A DNA stretch of 64,000 nt from contig CAXXWW010000017.1 in assembly GCA_963665215.2 (NCBI GenBank), forward strand, positions 289,761-353,760, given 5' to 3'. The notes under the pieces were generated by a model that was not told the DNA's origin, did not search any database, and saw only the letters and a list, made by a program, of their open reading frames with translations. The translations under genes were made by a program, and so were the position numbers. The DNA comes from Dehalococcoidia bacterium (GTDB lineage Bacteria; Chloroflexota; Dehalococcoidia; Lucifugimonadales; CAUZJF01). Positions 1 through 8,667 of this stretch are shown piece after piece. Each line of letters begins with the position of its first letter. Position 1 is the stretch's first letter.

Positions 1-259
1 GCTTGGTCTTCCGTAGCCTCATGAGAGCCGCGTTCGTCGTGATCCTGTAGAGCCAGGTGGTCACCCGGGACTCTCCGCGGAAACGATCAAAGGCGCGAAA
101 GGCCGAAAGGAAGGCGTCCTGGGACACGTCTTCGGCGTCCTGGTGGTTTCCCATCATGCGGTAGGCCACGTTGTATACGAGGTCCGCGTGCTTCTTCACC
201 AGCTCGTTGAAGTCGGTGATCTCCCGATCGCTGTTAGTGCTCTCCTCTTTAGACGACAT
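1..259 (-). CDS. ECF-type sigma-70 factor, N-terminal part (gene continues beyond the left edge)
   Basis: My own reverse-strand translation from the ATG at 259-257 gives MSSKEESTNSDREITDFNELVKKHADLVYNVAYRMMGNHQDAEDVSQDAFLSAFRAFDRFRGESRVTTWLYRITTNAALMRLRKTK. This is a classic sigma-70 region 2. It is absent from the ORF track because no stop lies in the window. Confidence 0.8.
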   Translation of the reverse strand, partial: MSSKEESTNSDREITDFNELVKKHADLVYNVAYRMMGNHQDAEDVSQDAFLSAFRAFDRFRGESRVTTWLYRITTNAALMRLRKTK

Positions 260-562
260 CCCTAGTAGATCTCTCTCGAACCAAACTCCGGCGTCTCGCC
301 GTGACGGACGCTGGAGCCCGTTTGTTGGGCCTCGCGACCGGTGGTCGGCTTCGGGCGGCCCAACCCGGTCTCAGACCCGGGAACCCACACTCGATTCCAG
401 ACAGGTCTCAGCACATGCGGGAGCCAAAATCGCCGTCGAGGCATTTGCATCCAATCGTTACAAGGGCCAGTTGAAACGCAAGCCGGCTAAGATTGACCTG
501 TACACCCGGCTTGTATTAAAGTGGTCTGAGCGGGGACCGCGCCCAACCGGGTCTCGGAGAAA

Positions 563-838
563 TTGATGATATCCCGTATCTTAGGAATATTCAACCGCGC
601 GCCAGACATTGATTGTGAGCACGTCCAAAATCTATCTTCTGATTACGTCGACGGAGATCTCGATCACAAGCAGGAAGATAAAATGAAGGCACACCTGGAG
701 TGGTGCGCTCCCTGCCTTGCCTTGATCAACACGCTCCGGGCGACCATCGGACTCCTCGGGTCTACGCCAGAGGTAGAGGCGCCGCCCGCACTGCGAGAGC
801 GCCTTCATGACATGGCCCAGAAAGAGCAGGGCCGCTAG
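563..838 (+). CDS. Putative zf-HC2 anti-sigma factor
   Basis: 91-aa ORF containing HLEWCAPC (H-x3-C-x2-C), the zinc-finger signature of ECF anti-sigma factors. It lies next to the ECF sigma gene but is divergently oriented. Confidence 0.6.
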   Translation: MMISRILGIFNRAPDIDCEHVQNLSSDYVDGDLDHKQEDKMKAHLEWCAPCLALINTLRATIGLLGSTPEVEAPPALRERLHDMAQKEQGR

Positions 839-861
839 CGCCTGCGGCCCGGCCCAAGTTT

Positions 862-1022
862 GATTCCCTCGTAAAAACCCGTTTTGAGGAAGTTCCAGCG
901 ATTTAGCACATCTGCGCGCTACCGTATGTTGGGGTAGTGTGCGGAACAGAGACTGTATATTGTACCCAGGCGTGGGTACGTTTGTTCTAATTCAACCTAC
1001 ACAGACTTTTTACGAGAGAATC
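862..1022. mobile_element. MITE copy 1 (161 bp, non-coding, IS1182-like termini)
   Basis: The termini GATTCCCTCGTAAAAA and TTTTTACGAGAGAATC form a 15/16 inverted repeat. Direct AAGTTT repeats flank it at 856-861 and 1023-1028. A near-identical copy lies at 47339-47499. It has no ORF and carries an internal palindrome GTACCCA-GGCG-TGGGTAC. Confidence 0.8.
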
Positions 1023-1070
1023 AAGTTTCCCCTCCTCTTCCCCTCGCGTCACCTCGTGCGGCCGCGTAAA

Positions 1071-2787
1071 CCCGAATCCACCGAAGGACGGCGTGTAGGA
1101 GGCCTGCTGAAGAAACAAAAGGGTGCGCCGCTGAATCTGGGATAATGGTTTTGAAACAGAAACCCGGTCCCAGAAAAGGAGCACCCGATAGATGCTACCA
1201 CGTAACCACCCCGACCGCATCCAAATCGCCTTCGACGACCACCGCTTGGTGGCCAATGCCGGGCTGATCCTTCCCGCCACCCTCGCCCTGCGCCTTGGCC
1301 TGCCCCAACTCCTCCGGAAGCACCTCGACCTCGGCGGCGCGCCTGGCCGGGCGAACACCGGCGACAAGATGATGACCCTGGTGGCCTCCGCCCTAGCCGG
1401 CGGAGATTGCATCGACGACGCCGATGTGCTGCGCGCCGGCGGGACCGCCCGCGTGCTCGGTTTCACGGCTAAGGCTCCCTCCACCCTGGGCACCTTCCTG
1501 CGCAGCTTCAGGTGGGGCCATGTCCGCCAACTGGACCGGGTGAGCCGCGAGTTGCTGGCCCGGGTCTGGAAGGCCGGTGCCGGACCCGGCGACGCACCAT
1601 TCACCATCGACCTTGATTCGACGATCTGCGAGACCTACGGACTGGCCAAGGAGGGCGCCCGCCACCACGGCTACACCGGTGCGCGGGGCTATCACCCGCT
1701 GCTGGCCGTCGCCGCCGGCACCGGCGACGTGCTGATGGCCCGCCTGCGCGAGGGCCGGGCCAACACCGCCCGCGGCGCTGCCCACTTCCTGCGTGAAACG
1801 GTGGGGCGGGTGCGCTACTGCGGAGCCAGGGGCCAACTCACGGTGCGGGCCGACAGCGGCTTCTATACCCACGCCGTGGTCGCCGTCTGCCGCTGGCTGG
1901 ATGTCCGCTTCTCGATCGCCATCCGCCAGCGCGCCCGCCTGCGGAATCTCATCGAGGCGATACCCGAAGATGCCTGGACGCCGATTCCTTACTGGATGGA
2001 CGGCGCCGCCGATGTGGCCGAGACCACCTACACCCCGTTCCAGGCCGAGGCGGACGCCGCGCCGGTACGGCTCATCGTCCGGCGGGTGAAGCCGGCGCCC
2101 GGTTCTCAACTGGCTCTCTTCGCCACATACAGCTATCACGGCTTCATCACCGACCGGGACGGGGAGACGCTGGAACTGGAGGCCGATCATCGCCGTCACG
2201 CCGAGATCGAAAATGCGATACGCGACCTCAAGTACGGCGTGGGGCTGAACCATCTCCCCTCGGGCCGCTTCGCCGCCAACGGCGCCTGGCTGGCGGTACA
2301 GGTGATGGCGCACAACCTGGCCCGCTGGACAGCCCGCATCGGCCTGGGTCAGCAGATCGTGACCACCAAGACCCTCAGACGACGGGTCTTTGCCCTGGCC
2401 GGACGGATCACCCGCTCGGCACGCCGATTGACCCTGCATCTTCCCCGGCGCTGGCCCTGGGAGGAGCAGTTCAGCCGCGCCCTGGCCCGACTGCGAGCCA
2501 TTCCACTCCCAGCCTGACGGCGCCCGTCCGCCACTGACCCACCAGCCAACCCAACGTCCCCGCAAACTCGCGCCAGCCCAGTCCGCGAGCGCCTCTTGCC
2601 GTGTCCTATCCCGCCATCTCGCTCGCCACAGCCACTGTAGGCCGCCATCGGTGCCCCCAAAAGCGCCTGCAGACCGCCCTCCAACCTCCCGTCTACCCAA
2701 ATCGAGCCCGGATCATCGCGCCTGTAACTCCCTCACCCCCTTCCGCTGTCCTCACGCCGTCCATCCCTGTCCATCGGTGGATTCGGG
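1071..2787 (+). mobile_element. IS1380-family insertion sequence, copy A
   Basis: The inverted termini are CCCGAATCCACCGAAGGAC and GTCCATCGGTGGATTCGGG. A 5-bp direct repeat GTAAA lies at 1066-1070 and 2788-2792. It has a single transposase ORF. Confidence 0.85.
1192..2517 (+). CDS. IS1380-family DDE transposase
   Basis: 441 aa. Length and motifs fit IS1380 transposases (DSTICETYG, RADSGFY, HRRHAEIENAIRDLKYG). A roughly 85 percent similar paralog lies at 53845-55170. Confidence 0.85.
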   Translation: MLPRNHPDRIQIAFDDHRLVANAGLILPATLALRLGLPQLLRKHLDLGGAPGRANTGDKMMTLVASALAGGDCIDDADVLRAGGTARVLGFTAKAPSTLGTFLRSFRWGHVRQLDRVSRELLARVWKAGAGPGDAPFTIDLDSTICETYGLAKEGARHHGYTGARGYHPLLAVAAGTGDVLMARLREGRANTARGAAHFLRETVGRVRYCGARGQLTVRADSGFYTHAVVAVCRWLDVRFSIAIRQRARLRNLIEAIPEDAWTPIPYWMDGAADVAETTYTPFQAEADAAPVRLIVRRVKPAPGSQLALFATYSYHGFITDRDGETLELEADHRRHAEIENAIRDLKYGVGLNHLPSGRFAANGAWLAVQVMAHNLARWTARIGLGQQIVTTKTLRRRVFALAGRITRSARRLTLHLPRRWPWEEQFSRALARLRAIPLPA

Positions 2788-2943
2788 GTAAAGCTGCTGA
2801 CATCAGGGGAGCCCCCATGCCGAGTGGTCGCTGATATTTTTTGCCGCTCGACGGCATCTGGAGGACCACGATAGGCTCGACGCAGGGGTTATCGTAGGCC
2901 CCCGGTCTTCCCACCCTCGCACATCTGTGCAATAATTCGTCCA

Positions 2944-2982
2944 GGGACAGACCCGCCGAATGGGCACTGTCCCGTTTTCTTT
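2944..2982 (+). terminator. Possible intrinsic terminator
   Basis: The stem GGGACAG (2944-2950) / CTGTCCC (2967-2973) is followed by GTTTTCTTT. The loop is long (16 nt) and no intact upstream gene remains after the MITE and IS1380 insertions. Confidence 0.25.
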
Positions 2983-3281
2983 GCAGGGTGTCCCGTTCCG
3001 ACTCACAACTCCTATCTGGATGGCACGGAATGGAACAACATGGAACAGCTTCTTCAGGCGAGCCCACGGGCCTGACCGAAAAGCGGCTCGCCGTCCTCCC
3101 GCGCGGTCGCCTCCCCCACCCTTGCCATGCGCCGCCCACCAGACCGCCGCACGCCCATCGAAGAAAAAGGTAGCACGAAAAACGGTTTGGGTGATCCGGG
3201 GATGGGCAGCGCTGCGGGGGAAGAGGCGTCGATCAGCTCGGCTCGTAGAAGCCCATCGCACGCATGACGCGGTGGGGTGGA

Positions 3282-3740
3282 TCAACCAGCGGCAACGTAC
3301 TTAGAGGGACACTTGACGATAACGTTATGGCTCTCGAAGACGCCGTCTTGAGTGTAGCTACCCTCGAGGATTATCTCCGAATGTTCGTTGAAAAACAGGT
3401 CGGGCAGGATCCCAAAGTGGACGGCCCCAATGGTCTCTGTGCCATCGGTGAGCGAGAAGTGGGCCAGGGTGGAGCCGGGCTCGCGGCTGAATGAGCCGGG
3501 CACCAGCTGTCCCCCGATTCGGACCACCCTCCCCTCTTCAGAGGGCCCTACTTGCCTGATCTCACCGACGGTATAGAAATAGACGGTGGCACTTTGAAAG
3601 GCCATGAACCCGAGATAGCCCAGGGCGGCGATGACCACCGCGAGGCCGATGAACATCTTAACCCGATTGTTGGACAGCGGCCCGCTCGCCGCAAGCTCCT
3701 CTGGATAATCGGTGATCGCCGTTGATTCCTGACTCATCAC
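3282..3740 (-). CDS. ccmE: Cytochrome c maturation heme chaperone CcmE, Cys-variant
   Basis: It has an N-terminal membrane anchor and an OB-fold-like body. The C-terminus HNVIVKCPSKY aligns to the canonical VLAKHDEKY motif, with Cys replacing the heme-binding His. It lies directly downstream of ccmC and ccmD. Confidence 0.8.
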   Translation of the reverse strand: MMSQESTAITDYPEELAASGPLSNNRVKMFIGLAVVIAALGYLGFMAFQSATVYFYTVGEIRQVGPSEEGRVVRIGGQLVPGSFSREPGSTLAHFSLTDGTETIGAVHFGILPDLFFNEHSEIILEGSYTQDGVFESHNVIVKCPSKYVAAG

Positions 3741-4150
3741 GTACGTCCTGATGCCACGTCTTTCTCCTCAGGCTGAGTCTGCTGCCCCGTAGGCGCCGGC
3801 TTGCTTCTGGATGACGCACCCTCCCGTTCAGCCAGCTCCATTCGCAGCGCCTCGATCTCCCGCTGCATCTCCTTGCGGCGCCGCGACATGACGAAGACGT
3901 AGCCGAAGAAGGCCGCCCAAGTAACGATGTAGACGGCGAACAGGTAAGGGAGGTTGGCTTCCGGGTCAGAGCCCTGTTCCTCTTGGCCCTGACCCTGGCC
4001 GGTAGTCTGGAGAGGCTCTTGCCGGGGTCCACGGTCCCCAGCGAACGCTGTGCCAACCCACCCGGGCCCTGCCGCGACACCAAGCCCCACGATGGCAATT
4101 AACAACCAACGCACGAAGAACGCCCTACGTGGCACGTCGATATAACTCAT
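3737..4150 (-). CDS. ccmD: CcmD-like small membrane protein (extended form)
   Basis: It contains LPYLFAVYIVTWAAFFGYVFVMSRRRKEMQREIEAL, a TM helix followed by a basic tail as in CcmD. It sits between ccmC and ccmE. The start is uncertain (the ORF track starts at 4168). Confidence 0.5.
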   Translation of the reverse strand: MSYIDVPRRAFFVRWLLIAIVGLGVAAGPGWVGTAFAGDRGPRQEPLQTTGQGQGQEEQGSDPEANLPYLFAVYIVTWAAFFGYVFVMSRRRKEMQREIEALRMELAEREGASSRSKPAPTGQQTQPEEKDVASGRT

Positions 4151-4871
4151 CGAGTCCGGACTCGGCACGCTTCAGCGAGTATCGTTCTGTCAACAGATAT
4201 GCGTATAAGGTTGTGAAGGCGAGAATCGCAACCAGAAACGCGACCCTCATGTCCGGGTCCAGCGAACCGGACTCCGCCACCGGGCCTACGACTAGGTCCG
4301 GGTGCGCCGTCCTCCACAGAGTTGTGGCGAAATAGATCGGGAGGGTATCTATGGACCCGATAAGCGCCACGACGGACCCGTATCGGGCCCCCTGGGAGCC
4401 CTTGGGCCCGTACGCCCGGAGCATCAGATAGCTCACGTATATGAACCACAGGATGAGCGTTGTGGTCAGCTTGGCATCCCAGGTCCACCAAACGCCCCAC
4501 ACGGGCTTTGCCCATATACTCCCCGTGACGATTATGAGGGTAGCAAAAACCACCCCCAGCTCGGCGGCCGAGTAGGCCAGGCTGTCCCACTTCTCCTTCT
4601 TGGTAATCAGATGTAGGGCGCTTCCGATGGCTACCACTACTATGGAGACCATCCCCAGCATCCCTAGAGGGACGTGGAAGTAAAAGATGCGCTGGGAAAT
4701 GCCCAGGTTCAGGTCCGTGGGCACCCAGAAGAAGACCAGGAAAAGGGTGAGGCCCATCAAGGCGGCACTGATCACGAGCAGCGCATCCCCGATAAGCGGT
4801 CCTACTTGGCTCTCGGCAGAGGACACTAAGGGAGGCGCACCTGTCTGAGCCATGAGAAGAATGTAACACAA
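4125..4871 (-). CDS. ccmC: Heme exporter / cytochrome c assembly protein CcmC
   Basis: A polytopic membrane protein with the tryptophan-rich WWD motif WGVWWTWDAKLT. A likelier start is MAQTGAPP near 4853. Confidence 0.85.
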   Translation of the reverse strand: MCYILLMAQTGAPPLVSSAESQVGPLIGDALLVISAALMGLTLFLVFFWVPTDLNLGISQRIFYFHVPLGMLGMVSIVVVAIGSALHLITKKEKWDSLAYSAAELGVVFATLIIVTGSIWAKPVWGVWWTWDAKLTTTLILWFIYVSYLMLRAYGPKGSQGARYGSVVALIGSIDTLPIYFATTLWRTAHPDLVVGPVAESGSLDPDMRVAFLVAILAFTTLYAYLLTERYSLKRAESGLDELYRRAT

Positions 4872-5186
4872 CCGTTATATGAAATACAGTATCAGGGCTC
4901 TAGATTCCCTCACGAGAAGCCTGGTCTGTGGCCCCACGTATGGACCGGTCCGTTCAGGCCGGGCGCGCCGCAATGGGCCGCAAGATCACGATGAGCGGTC
5001 CCTACTGTCAAATCGCTCCCTCCGATAATGCCGCACCCGTCGAGCGTGTCCTACCGGTCCACCACACCGAGCCGGCCCGGCAGGACTCGAGGCGTACCTC
5101 AATTCCCATCGTCGGAACGAAATGTTTCGAAAGATTTGCCGTTTCATCTTAGACTTAGCCGATGATCCTGAAGAGGCATTTCTGCT

Positions 5187-5384
5187 CTAATCTATTGCTT
5201 CGACCTTTACAAGATGCTCTTCGATAAACCACTCGCTCAGCAAAGGCAGATATTCAGACTGTAACGCTAGAGGTAACTCGAAAAAGCTAGAGACGATTGT
5301 CCCTCTGCAGCGTGGGCATCCACAGTTGCACCGCCACACCTTCCCACCGTGGCAGTCGATGATGTAGTCGAAAGTTATTTCCTC
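5187..5384 (-). pseudogene. C-terminal fragment of an unknown Cys-rich protein, cut by IS256 copy 1
   Basis: My translation from the IS boundary gives EEITFDYIIDCHGGKVWRCNCGCPRCRGTIVSSFFELPLALQSEYLPLLSEWFIEEHLVKVEAID followed by a stop. There is no start codon and the frame opens at the IS end. Confidence 0.3.
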
Positions 5385-6749
5385 GAGGTATCTTCAAAAA
5401 GTGTGTAAACAGTCAGGCGGTGTACCCTCTCTCTGAACAACACGGGCTCGAGGCCCAAGAGAGGAGATAGACCGCCCATGAGGAAGGAAAGCACTGAGAG
5501 TAGGTCGGAGTCAAGGCCGGAGTGGGAGCAGTTGGAGGATTGGGTGCGAAGCCAGGTCCAGAGGCTGATCCAGGAGTTGCTGGAGGAGGTGACGGCGTTT
5601 CTGGGAAGGGCGAAGTCGGCGCTCAGATCCGACTCGGACAACGATACCGGCTATCGGAACGGATACGGCAGAGCCCGGAGGCTTACGCTGAGTTCGGGAA
5701 CGATACAGCTGAGGCGGCCGCGAGTCCGCGATACCGAGGAGCAGTTCGAGAGCCGGCTGCTGCCGCTGTTCGTCAACAGGACCAGGAAGGTTGCTGAGTT
5801 GATCCCCGAGCTGTACCTGCACGGTCTATCCGAAGGCGACTTCGATCTGGCTTTGCGGGGGCTGCTGGGAGAGGACGCACCGGTATCGGCGAGCACGGTG
5901 GCCCGGTTGAAGGATAAGTGGAACGATGAGCTTGCCCAATGGCGCAGCCGGCCCCTCGATGACCTGGAAGTGGTCTACATGTGGGTGGATGGAGTCTACG
6001 TCAAGGCTGGTCTTGAGAAGGAGAAGGCGGCGGTACTGGTGGTGATGGCGGCCCTGAGCGACGGGAGCAAGGTGGTGGTGAGCGCTGTTCCCGGATACAG
6101 GGAGTCCACAGAGAACTGGTCCGAGGTGCTCAGGGACATCAAGCGCCGGGGCTTGAGCTGCCCGAGGCTGGTGGTTGGAGACGGACACCTGGGCATCTGG
6201 GGAGCTCTGCGCAACGTCTATCCGCAGGCGGCAGAGCAACGCTGCTGGAACCACAAGATCGTAAACGTGCTCGCCAAGCTTCCAAAGCGACAACAGGACC
6301 AGGCCAAGCTCATGCTGCGTACTATCCCCTACGCGCCGACTCGGACAGAGGCTGAGCGGCTCAGGACGGTGTTCACCAGGTGGTGCGGCGGCCATTCCTA
6401 CGAGGCGGCCTCAGAGGCCTTGGAGCGGGACTGGGACCGCATGGTCACCTTCTATGACTTCCCAAAGGAGCACTGGGGGCACCTTCGCACGACGAACCCG
6501 GTAGAATCACCCTTCGCGGCCCTCAGGCTTCGGACCGATGCCGCCAAGCGCTACAAGAGGGTCGATCGGGCGATAGCGGTGATCTGGAAAATGTTGATGG
6601 TCGCCGAACAGCGCTTCAGGCGTCTGAAGGCCCCTGAGTTGATCGAAGACGTCTATCTCGGTGCACAGTATGCGGATGGAATCGCCATTGAATCAACGGC
6701 TGAGAAGCTCGCCGCCTGATGTCGTTTACACACCTATTGACGTAACCTC
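5385..6749 (+). mobile_element. IS256-family IS, copy 1 (no target duplication)
   Basis: The ends are GAGGTATCTTCAAAAAGTGTGTAAAC and GTTTACACACCTATTGACGTAACCTC. The flanks ATTTCCTC and AGTTTCAA are unrelated. Confidence 0.9.
5478..6719 (+). CDS. IS256-family (Mutator-type) transposase
   Basis: 413 aa, one Glu codon shorter than the 414-aa copies. It has typical IS256 features (YMWVDGVY, VVGDGHLG, QRCWNHK). Confidence 0.95.
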   Translation: MRKESTESRSESRPEWEQLEDWVRSQVQRLIQELLEEVTAFLGRAKSALRSDSDNDTGYRNGYGRARRLTLSSGTIQLRRPRVRDTEEQFESRLLPLFVNRTRKVAELIPELYLHGLSEGDFDLALRGLLGEDAPVSASTVARLKDKWNDELAQWRSRPLDDLEVVYMWVDGVYVKAGLEKEKAAVLVVMAALSDGSKVVVSAVPGYRESTENWSEVLRDIKRRGLSCPRLVVGDGHLGIWGALRNVYPQAAEQRCWNHKIVNVLAKLPKRQQDQAKLMLRTIPYAPTRTEAERLRTVFTRWCGGHSYEAASEALERDWDRMVTFYDFPKEHWGHLRTTNPVESPFAALRLRTDAAKRYKRVDRAIAVIWKMLMVAEQRFRRLKAPELIEDVYLGAQYADGIAIESTAEKLAA

Positions 6750-8372
6750 AGTTTCAACCGGGCAAACCTCAGCTACTCGGTGCAACCCAAGGCAAGTTCC
6801 TGGGGACAGCTGATGTCGCTGCTCCAGCAGCGACTGAGCCAGTCCATTATCATCTATTGCTTCTCCCGGCAGGAGACCGAGGATCTGGCCAGGGACCTGA
6901 ACGCCCGGGGCTTGCCAGCCCGCCCCTACCACGCCGGGCTGGACCCCGAGGTGCGTCGTCGGACCCAGGAAGACTTCATTCGCGACCGGGTGCCCATCAT
7001 CGTCGCCACCATCGCCTTTGGCATGGGGATAGATAAGCCCGACATTCGCCTGGTGGTCCACTACAGCCTGCCCAGATCCCTGGAGGGCTACTACCAGGAG
7101 ACGGGCCGGGCCGGAAGGGACGGGCTGCCCAGCGAGTGCGTCCTCTTCTATAGCTATGCGGACAAGGCCAGGCAGGAGTACTTCATCAATCAGATGGGGG
7201 ACGCAGTAGAGCAGCGGAACGCCAGGCAAAAGCTGGCTAAGATGGTGGAGTTTGCCCAAGTGCCCAGCTGCCGGCGCCGGTTCATCCTGGAGTATTTCGG
7301 GGAGCGATGGCCGGAAGAAAACTGCGGCGCGTGCGACGTTTGCCTGGAATCCCGGGATGAGTTTGACGCCACGGAGATCGCCCAGAAGATACTCTCGGCG
7401 GTAGTCCGCACCGGCGAGCGGTTCGGGGCAAACCACATCATCCAGGTACTGAGCGGGAGCGGGGAGAAACGAATCCTGGAATTGGGCCACGACCGGCTGA
7501 GCGTGTACGGCATCGCCAAAGATGTTGGGCGCCCCGAACTGAGGGAGATTATCGGCCAACTGCAGGCGAGGAGGCTGCTGGTACGAAGCGAGGGGGAGTA
7601 CCCAACCCTGGCCGTCACCGCCGGAGGACGACAGTTTCTACAGGGACGCCAAGTCGTGACCCTGCCTCGACCCAGGACCGCCGACGCAGGCTATGCGCCG
7701 GGGAACGGATCCAACCTGGGCGGTTCCCCGGCAGCGCCGATGGAATACGATAGGGCTCTGTTCGAGGAACTGCGCGCATTGCGCAGGCGGCTGGCCGATG
7801 TGCGGGATGTTCCGGCCTTCGTGATTTTCGGAGATGTGTCCCTCCGTCACATGGCCGAATCTTTCCCCCGGAGCATGGAAGAATTCTCCCGTATCCACGG
7901 GGTGGGGGACGTCAAGCTGGAGCAGTACGGACCGGAGTTCCTGGAGGTTATCCGCGGCTACTCCGAGTCCAACGGCTTGCCGGACCGGACCGGCGTATCG
8001 GTAAAACGTCAACAGCCGGGAGAAATATCTGGAGAGCGAAAATGGCCAGAGAGTCGCCGGGGAGCGACCTACAATGAAACCAAATCGCTGTTGGCGCAAG
8101 AGTTGTCCATCAGCCAGATTGCCCAGCAGCGAAACCTGGCGGAAACAACCATCATCGGCCACCTGGAACGCATGGCCGGGCAGGGCCTAATCCTGGACTT
8201 GGAACACCTGCTGCCGTCGGCGGAAAAGCTCGACAACATAAGGGAAGCCTTTGATGTGTGCGGCAGCGATTTACTAAGACCCGTCTGGGAGTTCCTGGGC
8301 ACACAATGCACCTACGATGAGCTGCGGCTGGCGCGGATCTATCTGCGCCAGGAGGAGATGTTGTCGGACTGA
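6750..8372 (+). pseudogene. recQ: ATP-dependent DNA helicase RecQ, 5'-truncated by IS256 copy 1
   Basis: The frame opens at the first base after the IS: SFNRANLSYSVQPK...IIYCFSRQETEDLA...YHAGL...TIAFGMGIDKPDIRLVVHYSLPRSLEGYYQETGRAGRDG, followed by the Zn/RQC region (CGACDVC) and an HRDC-like region. The Walker A/DEAH lobe (about 200 aa) is missing. Confidence 0.85.
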
Positions 8373-8667
8373 TGACGACCTCAGCCTGCGTCCGAAGCAA
8401 TTGGGCGGCGCACCGGGGTAAAGGGATAGGATAGCGTGGATTAGGTGAAGCAACTTGGTAAGGATAATCGAGGCAGTCGGGCCCGCTGTGTGCTCCTTGT
8501 GGATGGCGGCGAGAAGGGGGTCGCCGTCCGTGAAGGATGTGTGTTGAGACAGGAAATCGGGGTTTCGACCCTCGGTATGATTAGGGGGGCTGTTGGTTCC
8601 CTGACGTTAACCACGGCAGGATGCGACGACCCAGAGCCGACCGCGACACCTACCGCGGTGCCTACAG

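Noticed and set aside
259-563. Divergent rather than co-directional arrangement of the ECF sigma and anti-sigma genes as a possible anomaly.
   Set aside because: The pairing is inferred only from adjacency, and divergent pairs do occur. It is not informative enough to count as a finding.
1393-2700. A 435-aa minus-strand ORF, with its counterparts at 53752-54438 and 54496-55194.
   Set aside because: It is antisense to the IS1380 transposase, has no motifs, and shows the typical GC-rich shadow-ORF composition.
2693-3285. ORFs of 148 and 160 aa between IS1380-A and ccmE.
   Set aside because: They have no motifs, low-complexity Arg/Gly-rich sequence, and one runs into the IS. I treated the region as non-coding.
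5826-6395. Long antisense and alternative-frame ORFs inside every IS256 copy. Examples are the 189-aa, 103-aa, 92-aa and 81-aa ORFs repeated at 20796-21365, 29525-30094, 33998-34567, 42496-43065 and 51468-52037.
   Set aside because: They overlap the well-supported transposase frame in GC-rich DNA and have low-complexity Arg/Pro/Gly-rich composition. They recur only because the IS recurs.
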